From contig MU058384.1 in NCBI GenBank assembly GCA_013265495.1, forward strand, positions 2,171,690 through 2,235,689: a stretch of DNA of 64,000 nucleotides, read 5' to 3'. The notes beneath the pieces are model-generated. The model had not been told where the DNA came from. It ran no database searches and saw only the letters and a program-made list of their open reading frames with translations. A program made the translations under genes and the position numbers. Shown here piece by piece: positions 38,460-62,100 of the stretch. Source of the stretch: Vicugna vicugna (lineage: Eukaryota). Numbering within the stretch: the first letter of the stretch is position 1; every line of letters begins with the position of its first letter.

Positions 38460-38880
38460 CAATAAATGCTATAAATGGATAAACATGTGGTATATCCATA
38501 CAGTGGACTATGAGTTGGCCAGGAAAAACAGTATTGATACATGCTACAACGTGGATGAACCTTGAAATCTTGAAAACATTATACTAAGTAAAAGAAGCCG
38601 GTCACAAAAGATCATGTATTGTATGATTCCACTGGTACAAAATGTCCAGAACTGGCAAATCCATAGGGACAGAAAATAGATTACTGTTGGCAAGGACTGA
38701 GGCGTTTGAGAGATAGGGAGTGACTGCTGATCAGTTCCCTTTTGAGGTGATGAAAATGTTCTAGAATTAAATTACGGGGATGGATGCACAACCCTGTCAA
38801 TCTACCATAAACCATTGAATTACACACTTTAGAAGGGTACATTTTACAGCATATGAATTATTTCAATAAAGCTGTTTAAA
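38460..38880 (+). mobile_element. Old L1 3' end
   Basis: aaatggataaacatgtggtatatccatacagtgga ... tcaataaagctgttt. Confidence 0.8.
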
Positions 38881-39276
38881 AGCTAACGTTAACGTTAATA
38901 AGCTACTGTTTGCTGAACATTACTTGTGTCAGTTATTGTGCTAAGCATCTTATGTGCACTTTTTAACTTCCTGCTCGTAACTACCACCACAAGCTGGTTA
39001 TTAACCTCATTTTCTAGATTAAAAACAAAAAGACACAAACAGTCAACATAAATGAACTCAAAGCTAAGGGGCAGAATGGGGCTTCCAATCAAGATCTAAG
39101 TAAGGTCAAAGCCCATGTTCTTTTCATTTTGCCAATATTTAAATGTGCACAAGGTGCAAGATTTGCAAGAAAGTTACAGAACCTCAAATTATATAACAGT
39201 TTACCTTTGAGGATTGAACCCTTGTATTCCCAGATTGAAGACGACAGGTTTCTCCAAAACAGACTAAAACAATCAC

Positions 39277-39282
39277 TTTATT
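39277..39282 (-). terminator. CCDC28A polyadenylation signal AATAAA
   Basis: tttatt on +, about 480 nt after the stop codon, followed on the minus strand by GT/T-rich sequence. Confidence 0.75.
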
Positions 39283-39763
39283 AAAAATAGCAAATTTCAC
39301 AGATACTCATTTAACATTCTGTTGTCACTGGCCATTGGCAAACACACCGGGCGTGTGTACTGATTGTCTAATGTAAACTGAAGCTGGGCTGCCACAAAAA
39401 GCCTGGGCATCATCAGCTTACGATCACCAGGGGGCGAAGGTCTGGTGAGCTCAGGAGGGGCAATCCTGCAGCTCTCAACAACACTTAGCACGATGCATTT
39501 CAAGTATAACCCATAAGGCAACAGTACAGCGCGGAGCAGCAAAACCTCTGTACCACATTTCCTGATCAAGCCTTCAGCAAGGCCTAGGCCTCCAGTCACG
39601 GTGACTTACGGCAAGTTTACTAAAAGCAGGATGTGAAAGCAGTCACTGCACTTTAATTACTTTTAATTCCTTATTGTGGAAGATGATTCTGCTACTGGAT
39701 TCAGCTGGAAAAGTAAAGAACACCGCTTTTCTTCGAACCACGAGACAGCAACTACGTTTCACT

Positions 39764-51050
<11,287 letters not shown>

Positions 51051-51945
51051 CTAAGGAAACACAGCACAATTATACACATAGCTACAGTATGTCGAAATGA
51101 AAGGGGTTCAAAGACCCACTTTATGGGCTGAAAGAGGATCAAGAATTTCAGAGGTCATTAGAGAAAGTTAGAATAAGGATCCCTTAAGTTCAATCTACAG
51201 TACTAAATACACAGAAGTCCTAAGCAAAATGGCCTGGCAAACAAAAATTTTGTCACTGTTTTCTTTATTCATTCATCCCACAAATATTTGCTCTCTTCAC
51301 ATGTTAGGCACTATTCTAGGCATTGGGGAAATGGTACTGTGCAAGACAGAGTCCCTGCCTTCAAAAAGCTGACGGTATAGGAGAGCAACACATAAACATT
51401 GAACAACTCACCCACATGATATTCCCAGCCTGACTCAAGCTTTAAATGGCCTTCAAGTCTCCTTTCTAAAATACATTCTTTAAAAAACCCCAACTAGATT
51501 CAAACAGATGTATAACTGACGTGGGGATCTGCATTTTAACTAGCAACTAGAAACTTTATTTCAACCACCAAGTAGAAATTCAGTTTGTCTAGAGGTCATC
51601 TGACTCTAGTTCCTTGATCAAGTGAAGGAAAATAAAATTCTGTAAAATTAAGATTGTTCTGTGACTACTTTGAATTTACTTTCTCTACCTGTTTACAAGG
51701 AAACATAAAACTTTATTATGTATGTTTAGTTTTGCCACTATCAAGAAAGTTACTCTATGAAGTTACAGTTGGTCCTTCCATGCAGAATATAGTGAAGGTT
51801 TTCTATTTATCCAGTGCTTTCCCTTACTTTATGTATTAATCAGCCTTATTTTCCTAAGAGCACATTTAAAATTATCCTTCCACATTTCCCTTTTATTTAT
51901 GAATAATATAAAATTATACTGTTTCATGCATCATAGGATGAGAAA

Positions 51946-52041
51946 CTTTTTTTATTTTTTATTTTTCTTGATAGAGGTACTAGGGATTGAACCTAGGAAC
52001 CTGTGGGCACAGGCTCTACCACTGAGCTACACCCATCCCCC
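51946..52041 (-). mobile_element. tRNA-derived SINE (camelid-type)
   Basis: gaggtactagggattgaacctagg...ctctaccactgagctac; TSD AGGATGAGAAA at 51935-51945 and 52042-52052. Confidence 0.85.
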
Positions 52042-52849
52042 AGGATGAGAAATTTATATGGCTGTTCACCTTATTAGACTGTAAAGTGCCTAAGGCCCAT
52101 TAGGCCTTTTATTGTATGTTGTGTTGAATTTAATCCTGCTATGTCCATTCAAAAAGGCTCAAATCCATCGATGTCACTCCTAAAGTAATTACGCAAGAAT
52201 TTCCGTAAAAACAGATTTTTCTGCTATCGTCTGGACTTGGTGCTTCTAGCACTGTTATTTAAACCACTGAGCTCAGTTGGCTCACACTGACTTTAGACAA
52301 TCGTAACTAGAACTATGATACCTCCAAGGAACCAAAGGTTGTAAAGGAAAGGCTCCACTGCCCAGTCTTTAATCCCAGATTAAAAAAAAAAAAGTAAATC
52401 CACTTAAATCTTGGCTAAAAAATTTTCCTTTAAGAAGTATTTTTAGCAACAGACATTTTGGGGTGTTTCAGCATGCAACACAAACTAAATGTTTAAAAAA
52501 TAACTAAATAGAGAAGGGGGATTCACTTTTCCAAAGAGGCAAGGATCTGTATAAATTTATACAGTGGTATACAGTGGTTTGATACACAAACACAGTGGTT
52601 TTCGAATTCAGTGATGCTTACACACAGCTGCAGGTACAAGAAAAAAAGTCTAGGAAGTAAAGTAATGTAAATAAACCAATAGTGGTCTAAACTAAGATGT
52701 TCTGAGGGGCCAGGGCTCAAAAATCATCCTTTTTTGGGAGGTAACATCTCGACAACAAGAGCACTGGAATCCTTCTTGTATACCAATCCCAGGAATCCAA
52801 GCAGGACCATTAGGAGTCCCTCTTGACTTCGCTTCATTCCCCTTCTCCA

Positions 52850-53600
52850 AACAATCAGCCGACACGGTGACCCTTCATTGCCCAGAATCCAGTCGTGGCC
52901 AGAACGGTGGTGGGAGCGGCCTACAGGGGGACATTGCTGGGGTGCCTTTGCTTCCCCTTCATACCTGAGGAAGAAGGGGATCGGGGTCCTCTTCCTCAAT
53001 CTGCAAAGATCCCGGGGCTTCCGAAGCCACGGCCGCACCTGCAGCCGTCAATGCTACCACTGCAGCTTGAGCCGGGGTCACATCCCGGACCTCGCGCCTC
53101 CACAGTGCCCTTTGTTTACGGAAGTGACGTAAGGAGGCGGAGCCTCCGTGCCCTAGGCGGGAGACTTTCCTCTTCCGGTTCCGCCACTGCCGCTCCCGTC
53201 TCCGCCCCTGACACCGCATTGTTTCCCCTGTCTTGCCTTCAGCTGTGCCTTCGAGGAGCGTAGAAAGGAGGACCCATAGCTGGGCTTTTATTCTAGGCTT
53301 TTGTGGCTCAGAGGCGACGAGGGTAAGGTTCGCAAATGGAGGCAAGAATCGGAAATGTAGTACCCCTTCCGGAAGCTGCCCCTCCTCCTCCACAAGCTGC
53401 CCCTCCCCCTCCGCGAGTGTCTGGTCTCACGCACTACAGTTCCCAGCATGCCGTTCGAACAACCTTGGAGGCGGAACCAGTGTCGCCATAGCAACTGTTC
53501 CGGATTGTTTCCAATGCGTCGCTGGGATTTAGCAAGGTAAACCAACCTTAGCTTGGAAGGCAGCATGAAAAACCGTGATTCTGTTTAGCGACCCCCGATG
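52850..53600. promoter_or_regulatory. CpG-rich, probably bidirectional promoter of CCDC28A
   Basis: ETS-CRE composite CGGAAGTGACGTAA at 53119-53132, more CCGGAA cores, ZNF143-type ACTACAGTTCCCAGCATGCC at 53433-53452, X-box GTCGCCATAGCAAC at 53482-53495. Confidence 0.85.
52965..53130 (-). other. CCDC28A: CCDC28A exon 1 (5' UTR or N-terminal extension); 5' end approximate
   Basis: Donor CAG|gtatga at 52965/52964 inside the CpG-rich region; frame resembles the recalled long human isoform (LRHFRKQ...AAVASEA). Confidence 0.8.
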
Positions 53601-54109
53601 CTGAGTTCCTAAATGAAATTCTTTTCCTCCTATTATAAGTAGCTACTGTTAAGGCACTTGACAGACGTTGTCTCTAAACCTCACTGCAATCTATGAGGTA
53701 GGTGTTAGAACCCCTGTTTTAGAAGTGAGGAATCTGACACTCACCAAGGGTAATAAATTCACGTCTCTCTGTCGTCGAGACAGTTATTCACTACACAAAC
53801 TGCCTCTGAAGAAGGAATTGAGGGTTGAGAGAGAGAGAACTATCCTAAATAAAGGGAGAATCCATGTTTTGATTCCCTAGCTGGATAGCCTTCCCCGTGT
53901 GTGTTTTGGGGGTGAGGAGGTTTTGGGTTCACAGACCGTTAGACTAAAGAGCCTGGAGAGCACCACATACTTCTCCCGCATTTGCTAATGAGAAAACCGT
54001 ATCTAGAGATTTTATCAGTGCCGGAGAGGCAGAGCAAGGACGAACGCAGTTATCCTGGCTTCTAGTATGGGATCTTCGTCTACCGCCACCTCCCTCTATT
54101 TTTAAAACA

Positions 54110-54615
54110 TTCTGAAATGTTTTAAAAGAAAAAGAGAGGAAATATTCGTGTACCCACTATCCAGAATGAACAGATCATACGTCTTGCCTTTTTATGTTTT
54201 TAAATGAAAGAAATAGAACATTACAGATAAAGCGGGTGCCACCTATTCTCAGTGCCACTCTGTTTCCCTTCGGAGGGGCAACTAAATTTGACATGCATCT
54301 TGCTAATCTACGTTCTTGTACTTTCCCTATTACTATGTATTTGTAAACAATATATAGAATGCTTTGGGCTTTTGAAGTTTTACACAAATGCGATTGTACT
54401 TTGTGTATTGATCTGCAACTTGATTTCTCACCCAATTAATTCTATGTTTTTGAGATCTATCCACATTGATACAGATGGCTGGACTTCATTTGTCTTACCT
54501 ATATAGTATTCTGTCAAATAGGCTTGCCACGAATTATTTGAGAATTCCTATAGTGATGGATGCTTGGGTTGTTTCCCATTTTACACCGTTACAAACAGTG
54601 CTGTAGGGTACAATC
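54110..54615 (-). mobile_element. Old antisense L1 3' fragment
   Basis: ttgagatctatccacattgat ... gatggatgcttgggttgtttccc ... acaaacagtgctg. Confidence 0.6.
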
Positions 54616-57600
54616 TTCTCAATATGTTTTCTCAGTGTCTTTTAACTCATCTCTGAATTGTCTTATCTGGATTAGCTGAGCTTGCAGCTTAAGGTCATAG
54701 TGAGTTATTGTAAGGAGTGGGATACTGAAGATGGAGTGCCAGGGAAGGCCTTCCTGAAAAGGCAACTCTGGGGGTTGAGATATGAATAAAAGACAAGAGC
54801 CATCCATGGGATATTTTGGGGGAAGAGCATCCTTGGACAAAGGATATGGTTAAACCACAGATCTTTAGGCACAATTGAGCTTGGCACGTTTGAGGAAGCA
54901 AGGGGTCGGTGTGGCTGGATTGTACTGATTTGGGAACAGAGCGCCATGAGATAATCATAGAAGTACAATTTTGAGTGTGATTTCTTTTATTTGAAATCTA
55001 GAGTTCTTGAAAGAAATATTGTCTTTGAGACTTACTAGATTTTCCTTTATACTGCAGAAATCTCTGCTTCGGATTGTTAAGTGCACACCTTGTGTAAATT
55101 ACTCTAATCACTTTCTTCCTAAAGACAGTCTGTATTTCCAGGATAGGAGCTGTGATCAACAAGACCACTCCTCTCCCCACTACTAACGTACTCTATAGGA
55201 TATTTTCAAATATATTTTTTCTTATGGAAAATTTCAAACATATACCAAAGAAGACAGAATAATGTAATAAACCCCTATGTATCCATCATCTAGCTGTTGA
55301 CTCATGGCCAATCTTGTTTCACTTATACCCCTCCCCTGACATTTTCCCCTCTCCAGTAATACATTGAAGCAAATCCAAGACATCACTGAATCCATAATAT
55401 TTCAGTATGGATCCCTCAAAGATTTTTAAAAACTTAACCACAATATCACTATTATTTCTAAAACAGCAGTCGTTACTTAATATTATTAAATATGTAGTTG
55501 GTGTTCAAATTTCCGATAGCATCACAAGCATCATAATTTTTTTTTTACATTTTATTGAATCAGATTTTTCTGTGAAGTCCTCAGATGAGGAATGGGTTTG
55601 GAAGCCACTGTTGTACATCGTCATTTGTTGAGCTACAAACTTGCATTGTCTTTCCCGTGGAGGTGACACTCTAAAGGAAAAGGCAGGGATGTCAACCCGA
55701 TGCAAATGGCTTCTCTATCTCAGTGCCTGGAAAAGAGTCACCCCCTTATTGGTCCTTTGTGGTTCTTTAAGGAAGAGATTTTGGTTTTTGATTTTTTAAC
55801 TTGGAAGCTTATTCATCACTTGCTAAGTATTCCTCCACCTCCTTTTCCTCCCGTGCCAGAATGCCTAGGTCAAGGTAGATCAGATTCAACGCTGCTTTGC
55901 ATGCCTGGCTTAGGAAACAGCTAGTAAAAAAGCCTTAAAGCAGAAATGAGCTTGTCATATTCAGGGGCCTGAAAGAATGCCAATCAGTGTGATGGTCTGG
56001 ATTTCTAAGACGTACATCTTAAGCATTAGTGGAGGGTCTCAAAATAAACACAGAGGTCTTTATAATTGTAAGTATCTTACTGCTAACTGCTTTGAGTAAA
56101 CAAACAATGGGTAGATAATAGACTTGAAAAGTTACAGAGTTAGACATATACAAAATTCTCACATATATGGCCTTTGATGATTTTGTCTTCCTCAACAGGC
56201 CTTAAGTTCCTTGAGGGCAGATACTATGTTTTAATTTTTGTATCTTAAGACCATTGCATTGTACATTACATAGACCATGATGTAAGTTTGGTGCTCAGTA
56301 AATGTATGTGTTATGAATGAAGTTCTCTGATTTTATTTCTGAAAGGAAGTGATTCACATAATCTCTCTTTAACCCCCAAATCTATAGATCTAGGCCCAGT
56401 CATAATGCCAGTCAGACGGCATCACTAATACCCAGGCAAGTGCTCTTTTTTTTCAGTTGGGCAATTTGTGTTTTGGTACCCAAGCCTTCACACCACAGGA
56501 TCTGATGAAGGAACTAATCCTGAAGCTTAGCGAAATTGTTGCCTGTTGCCTGAGTGATTATTTTAAAAACTTAATATTTGATATAGTTTCAGTATGTGAT
56601 TCCACAAAATTAATGTTTGAATTCAATTTCATATTCACACTTCCTTTCTAAGGCCACGAGTTGTTAACAAGATTAGGGAATGGTTATCAGCAAGATATGA
56701 GGATGATTCAATCTTCCAATATCTTTTCTCCAAGTTCTTCTCATTGGAACATCCCAGCTTTCAAAGAAGGCTGTGTTTAGGCTTAACCAGAAAACAAAAT
56801 GTACCACGGGCCAGCAAATTAGCGATAGTGTATTACAATCCTTCCATCAGTTTTTTTCTCCTTTTGTTGAATTTTAGTTCAAGTAGCAGTATTATCATGG
56901 AGTACTACAAGATTGCTAAGAAATACCTGTAGGGATAGCTTGCAGAATAGTAGAAAAAAGACGAGGGAAGGAAGGAAGGGAAGAAGGAGGGAGGGAGGGA
57001 AGAAGGTAAAGAGCAAGAATGGCTCTCCTAACACTGTTTATATCTCTAACAAGGACATTTTAAAATGTTACTTAAAACCTAAGCTGTTACCACTCTGCCT
57101 TTTAAGGAGTTACCATAATGCCTGACAGTGGGGAAATGAATCTTTATTAAGGGGCAAGAAAAAGGATGAGATTCTAGGCAGGTGGCCCATGTGTGTCATA
57201 ATACAATAATGAGAGTAGGATGTGCACAAGTGGGCAGGAAGCTGAATTTGGGAATATAAGGTTGAGAAAGCTGAATTTTTCTGTATAATAAAGTGGGAGA
57301 AATTGTCCACTGTCGGGGGAGCAGAGGGAGAAAGAGTCAAGATGGTGAGAAGAAGGACTTTAACAAAGAGCAATGAATTCAATTTATAATTGTTAGTGTG
57401 GCTCTAATTACGCATACACACACAAGTCCTCCATGTTTCTAAACATCAGAATACATCTCCTACAGGCTTTGTGTCGATGAATCATTATGGAAATCAAGGG
57501 TCAAGTGTTGTATTGTGCATCTTCTGGAGCTTTGGTAAAGGACAAGGGCAGTATGTATGAAACAGTAGAGTAGTCCATAACTGAGCTACATCACATGAAG

Positions 57601-58248
57601 CAGGAGCCTAGAGTCCAAGGTGAACGGGAAAATTACAAATCAGTTTACCCTGTAATCTTAGAAAGAGGGCGAGACATGAATTTTCCACTATATGAAGATT
57701 GGAGGTTTATACTAATTTCATTTTAACCTTGAAGGTTAAGGGTACTTGGGATGACACCTGGTAATCCGCTGGTCTCTCCCACTGGTCTGTGAGCTACCTG
57801 AAGGAAGGAACTGGGTCTTATATAACTTTCTGTTCCCAAGGTCTAGCATGGTGCCGGCATAGAATAGAAACTTAGAAAATGTTCATAAAAATGAGTGACT
57901 AATGAGGAGAAAACTAGAGTTATATGATGGCAAGTGGCAGAATGGTATTATTAATTAAATTAGGTGTTACCTTAACTCACATGACTAATTTTCAAATTAG
58001 AAATTACACTGATTCTTAGTCATACCTACCTCTGATCTCCAGGTGGCAGTATTATCTCATATTAAATTGCTTGAGACCGGGTTCCATTTAACTTTTGAGA
58101 AAAGAAAACATAAATGAATTAAAATAAACAATTCTGTTGCGTATTTCTGTAATTGTACAGAGCCAAAATAAGAAATAAAAGATACTTACATGTGATTATA
58201 GATTTCTTCTTCAATTTGAAAACAAATGAGAATTACTGGTCGTTCTTT

Positions 58249-58484
58249 TTTTTTTTAACATTTTTATTGATTTATAATCATTTTACAATGTTGTGTCAAA
58301 TTCCAGTGTAGAGCACAATTTTTCAGTTATACATGAACATATATATATATTCATTGTCACATTTTTTGCTCTGTGAGCTACCATGAGATCTTGTGCATAT
58401 TTCCCTGTGCTATACAGTATAATCTTGTTTATCTATTCTACATTTTGAAATCCCAGTCTATCCCTTCCCACCCCCCCACCCCCG
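58249..58484 (-). mobile_element. Young, heavily 5'-truncated L1 3' end
   Basis: Poly-T then aacattttttattgatttataatc...; TSD TGGTC(G/A)TTCTTT at 58237-58248 and 58485-58496. Confidence 0.8.
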
Positions 58485-58588
58485 TGGTCATTCTTTAATT
58501 CAAGCAGTTTCCAAAACTTTGATGGTAAATACAAATTGGTGTACTTTGTTTACAGAACACATGTTATTTCCTTAAAGTATGGAAACTC

Positions 58589-58622
<34 letters not shown>
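58589..58622. repeat. Compound (TG)n(AG)n microsatellite
   Basis: Read directly. Confidence 0.95.
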
Positions 58623-59534
58623 CAGTGATATGTCGAGATAATTCATTTCCAACAAATAAAGTGACCAGATTAAATACAGGATGATCAATTAAATTTGAAT
58701 TTCAGATAAACCAAAAATAGTCTGCCTGGTCATCTGTATTTTGCTTTATAAATCTGGCAATCTTACCAACAGATATTTTGTGGTTGTCATTAATTCCAAA
58801 ATAAACAGAACTCCCCCAGGTCTACAGGGCCCAGCGGTGTTCCCTTCGGAGGGATGAAAAGGAAGTAGTTTGGTAGGGTCGGCTTCCTTGTTGTAAGTCT
58901 AACTCTGCTGTTCCCTGTACTCTACCTCTGCCGATCACAGTGCCCCAGCTGAGTAACTTATCTTCAGGAAACTGACCCTGTGAGCAAGGGTAGATAGTAG
59001 AGCCTAAATTGAGTCTGGTTGCAAAAACCAAACCGTAAATAAGCAAGGAGGTTCTAAACCCCATCAGCTCTGATTTATACTTTTCAGAGGTGCCTGAGCC
59101 ACAGCAGCTGTGGCAACAGAAATGGGTGAATTGCTTGTGAAATAAATCCGGTTTCAAAAAAGTAAAGGATTTTCTGGTAAATTAATTCTGATGTCATAGT
59201 TTTATGTACATTTGCATCTTTAATATAAGCATTCCCTACCTTCCAGATAAAATGTACTTCAAAATGTCATTTATAAATCTTTCTGAATTTAAAGTAAGTT
59301 TTTTCATAGAAACAGCACTGAGTGGTAGTCACATCTTCAGGTTTCCTAGTAAGAGTATATTTAATTATCGGACTGAACTGCTGCATTTTTAGTTAAAAAC
59401 AGGATTTCTTTTAAAAGTTGTTATGATAACAATATTTTAAAGAGTGAGAAATAAAAAAGTTTTTAAACTTTGAATATTCATGTTGGAAGAAGTATTGGTA
59501 ACCCATGTTTATTTTGCTCCTGCTCTGTCCCACA

Positions 59535-59720
59535 AGCTATTCTAAGGTAACTGAAATGAGTTAATCCATTTAATCCTCATAGTAACCCTAGGAGGTAGAT
59601 TTTCTTATATCCCACGTTACAGATGAGGAAAGCGGGGCAAGGGTTAAACAGCTGCCCAAAGTGACACAGCTAGGAAGTAACAGAACTGGGGCTTGGGCCA
59701 GCCCACAGCCGCATCAGGCA
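59535..59720. mobile_element. MIR SINE
   Basis: tttaatcctcatagtaaccctaggaggtag...ttacagatgaggaaa...gcccaaagtgacacagctaggaagt core. Confidence 0.75.
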
Positions 59721-61009
59721 CTGCACAGCACGGCTACGTGGGTTTACTTAAAGAGGTCAGTGAGCCCCGGGAGAAGATTCAGAAGGGAACATCTGATGAC
59801 CATCCAAGAGTGGACACTGCATTGTTCACTGAGCCTCGAAAAATTCAAAGGGAAGGGGCAGGTCTTCGCCCTAAGTGAGGTGTATTTTGTATACTGCTTC
59901 TATGCTTACCAACCAGAATGGAGCTGTTACGGCGTTTAGAGATGCAACAAAGAATGTCAGAAAGAGGAAAAAAGATTTACCTGAGGTAACCGGATGAGAG
60001 TTAATGGGAGGTGGAAGAGAATTAAGGAGTACACATGTATAGGCATGACAAAGAAGTTTCTGGAGCGGAAGTAACTGAGCTGAGACCTGAGAAGAAAAGT
60101 CAAAGGGAGATGAATTTGACTTTGCATAATTATCTACATGAAAAGAAAAGGAGAAGTGGGAGAGATGTTGCCCCGAATTACTGCTGACTCTGTGTAACTG
60201 GCTCGGATTTGTGATAACCTGAGGTGGTTCACGCAGGACCCAGCCGTGGCCAGTGCACTTCCCAAAGGCCTTGCTCAGGGTGACAGTCTCTCATGTGCTA
60301 AAGGAAGAGCCAAACTCCAGTCCCCACTTAGTGGCCTTCAGACACTGTCCACTTTTTATCCTCTTCCACAGAGATGAGAGGTGGGAGGCTGGAGGGGAAA
60401 GAATCCCAGACTTAACTGTTTGGGGAACAGCCTTCTGACTCAGCCACCTGACTAGTTGGATGACCTTTGGTCCCTGTTTCCTAAGCTGTGAAAACAGGCA
60501 TGATTTTATCCACTTTGTGATGTCAGCACCCAGCAAATATTAGCTCTGATCCTGTTTAATCCTCTCTGTGGGGTAGGTATCATTCCCATTTTGCAGAGGT
60601 GGAAAAGGGGGCTCAGAGAGGTTAAGGTTCTTGTCCAGTGCGAGTGCAGTGGTGGAGATGGGCACCCCTGTCGTTTAACCCTAACTGCTGTTGCTCTTCC
60701 GTCTGCAGCGCTGCCTGCGGTAGAAAATGCAACCCCTGAAACAAAATGGATTACTCCCCCTACCCGGAGTGAAAATAAAATAAAGCCTTTTTCTACGTCA
60801 GTCCTGATAAATAGGAAAAATAAATAAATAAAACCCAGAAATATTTTTTCCTAAGATGACAAAAATGGAAGGGTTTTTAAAAGCAAAATATACTGTTTCT
60901 GTGCCTTCAGAAAACTTTCAAATTATGAATTAGTAGATACTTGTAGCCTTCATTCAGTATAGTAACTTTTATTTTTAAATTATTCTTTATTACACAAATA
61001 ATATAAGCT

Positions 61010-62100
61010 TATGCATTCAACATGGATTTATTGAGCATCTACTATATGGCAAATATTTTTCTAGGCTCAGTGAACAATATGGACAAAAATCCCCATTCTT
61101 ACGGATGTAAGCATGGCAGATTATAAAAATAGCTGTAATAACCAAATCACTTCTGTGGAATAGAAAGAATAAGTATGTGGAAAAACAGACCTGGGAAAGG
61201 GAGTAGGGTTGTGGGGACAGTTGCAATTTTAGATAGGAAGGTACAGGAAGGCCTAATTGAGCAGGTAAATTCTGAACAAAGACTTGAAGAAAGGAAGGGG
61301 ATGAGTCATGAGAAAATCTGGAACCAGTGCAACGGCATAAGGTGGGAGCACGCTTGGTATGTAACGACCAGTAGAGGGAGGAGTCAAACTGGCTTGAGAG
61401 GGATGAGCATGGGAAAGGGCAAGAAGTGATGAGGTGGGAGAGAAAGACTGTGGATGGGAGGGCAGGAAGGAGGTGGGGATTGTATGGGGCCTGGTGGGCC
61501 ATTTTTAGGGTTTGTTTTTTTTTCCCTTTGAGAAACAGAAGCATCTGGAGAGTTTTGAACAGAGGAGTGACATGATCAAGCCTGCATTTTGATAGATCAC
61601 TACCTCAGGCTGCTGTTGGGAATACACTGTGGGAGTAAAATGGGGAAACAGGGAAACCAATTTGGAGATCACAGGTAACCCATGTGCGAGATGATGGTGC
61701 CTGGGCCAGAATGGCAGCTGTGAAGGTGAGAAGTGGTCAAAACCTAGATCCATTTTGAAGGTAAAACTGACAAGATTTACTGAGAGTTGGATATGGGGTG
61801 TGGGACAATGAGTCAAGAATCAACTCCCACGTTTTTGACCTGAGCAACTGCAGGGAAAGATTTGCCATAGACTAAGATGGGAAGGCATGTGTGTTGGAAG
61901 CCAAGGAGGGCAGGAAGTTCATTTTGAGGTATGTTTGAAATGATGTTTAGATATTCAGGTGGAGATGTTGAGTAAGCAGTTGTATATTTAAGTCTGGAGC
62001 TCTGGTTTAGCCTGGATATATAAATTTGCTTAGCATGAGACTTCAATGAGATTACTAAGAGTATGCAGAGAGAGAAAACTCCTGAGGACTGAGCTGTGGG
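61010..62100. mobile_element. L2 LINE 3' fragment
   Basis: cattcaacatggatttattgagcatctactat terminus and purine-rich L2 body (ttttgaacagaggagtgacatgatc). Confidence 0.8.

Noticed and set aside
61017..61544. 175-aa ORF
   Set aside because: Lies within a degenerate L2 element.
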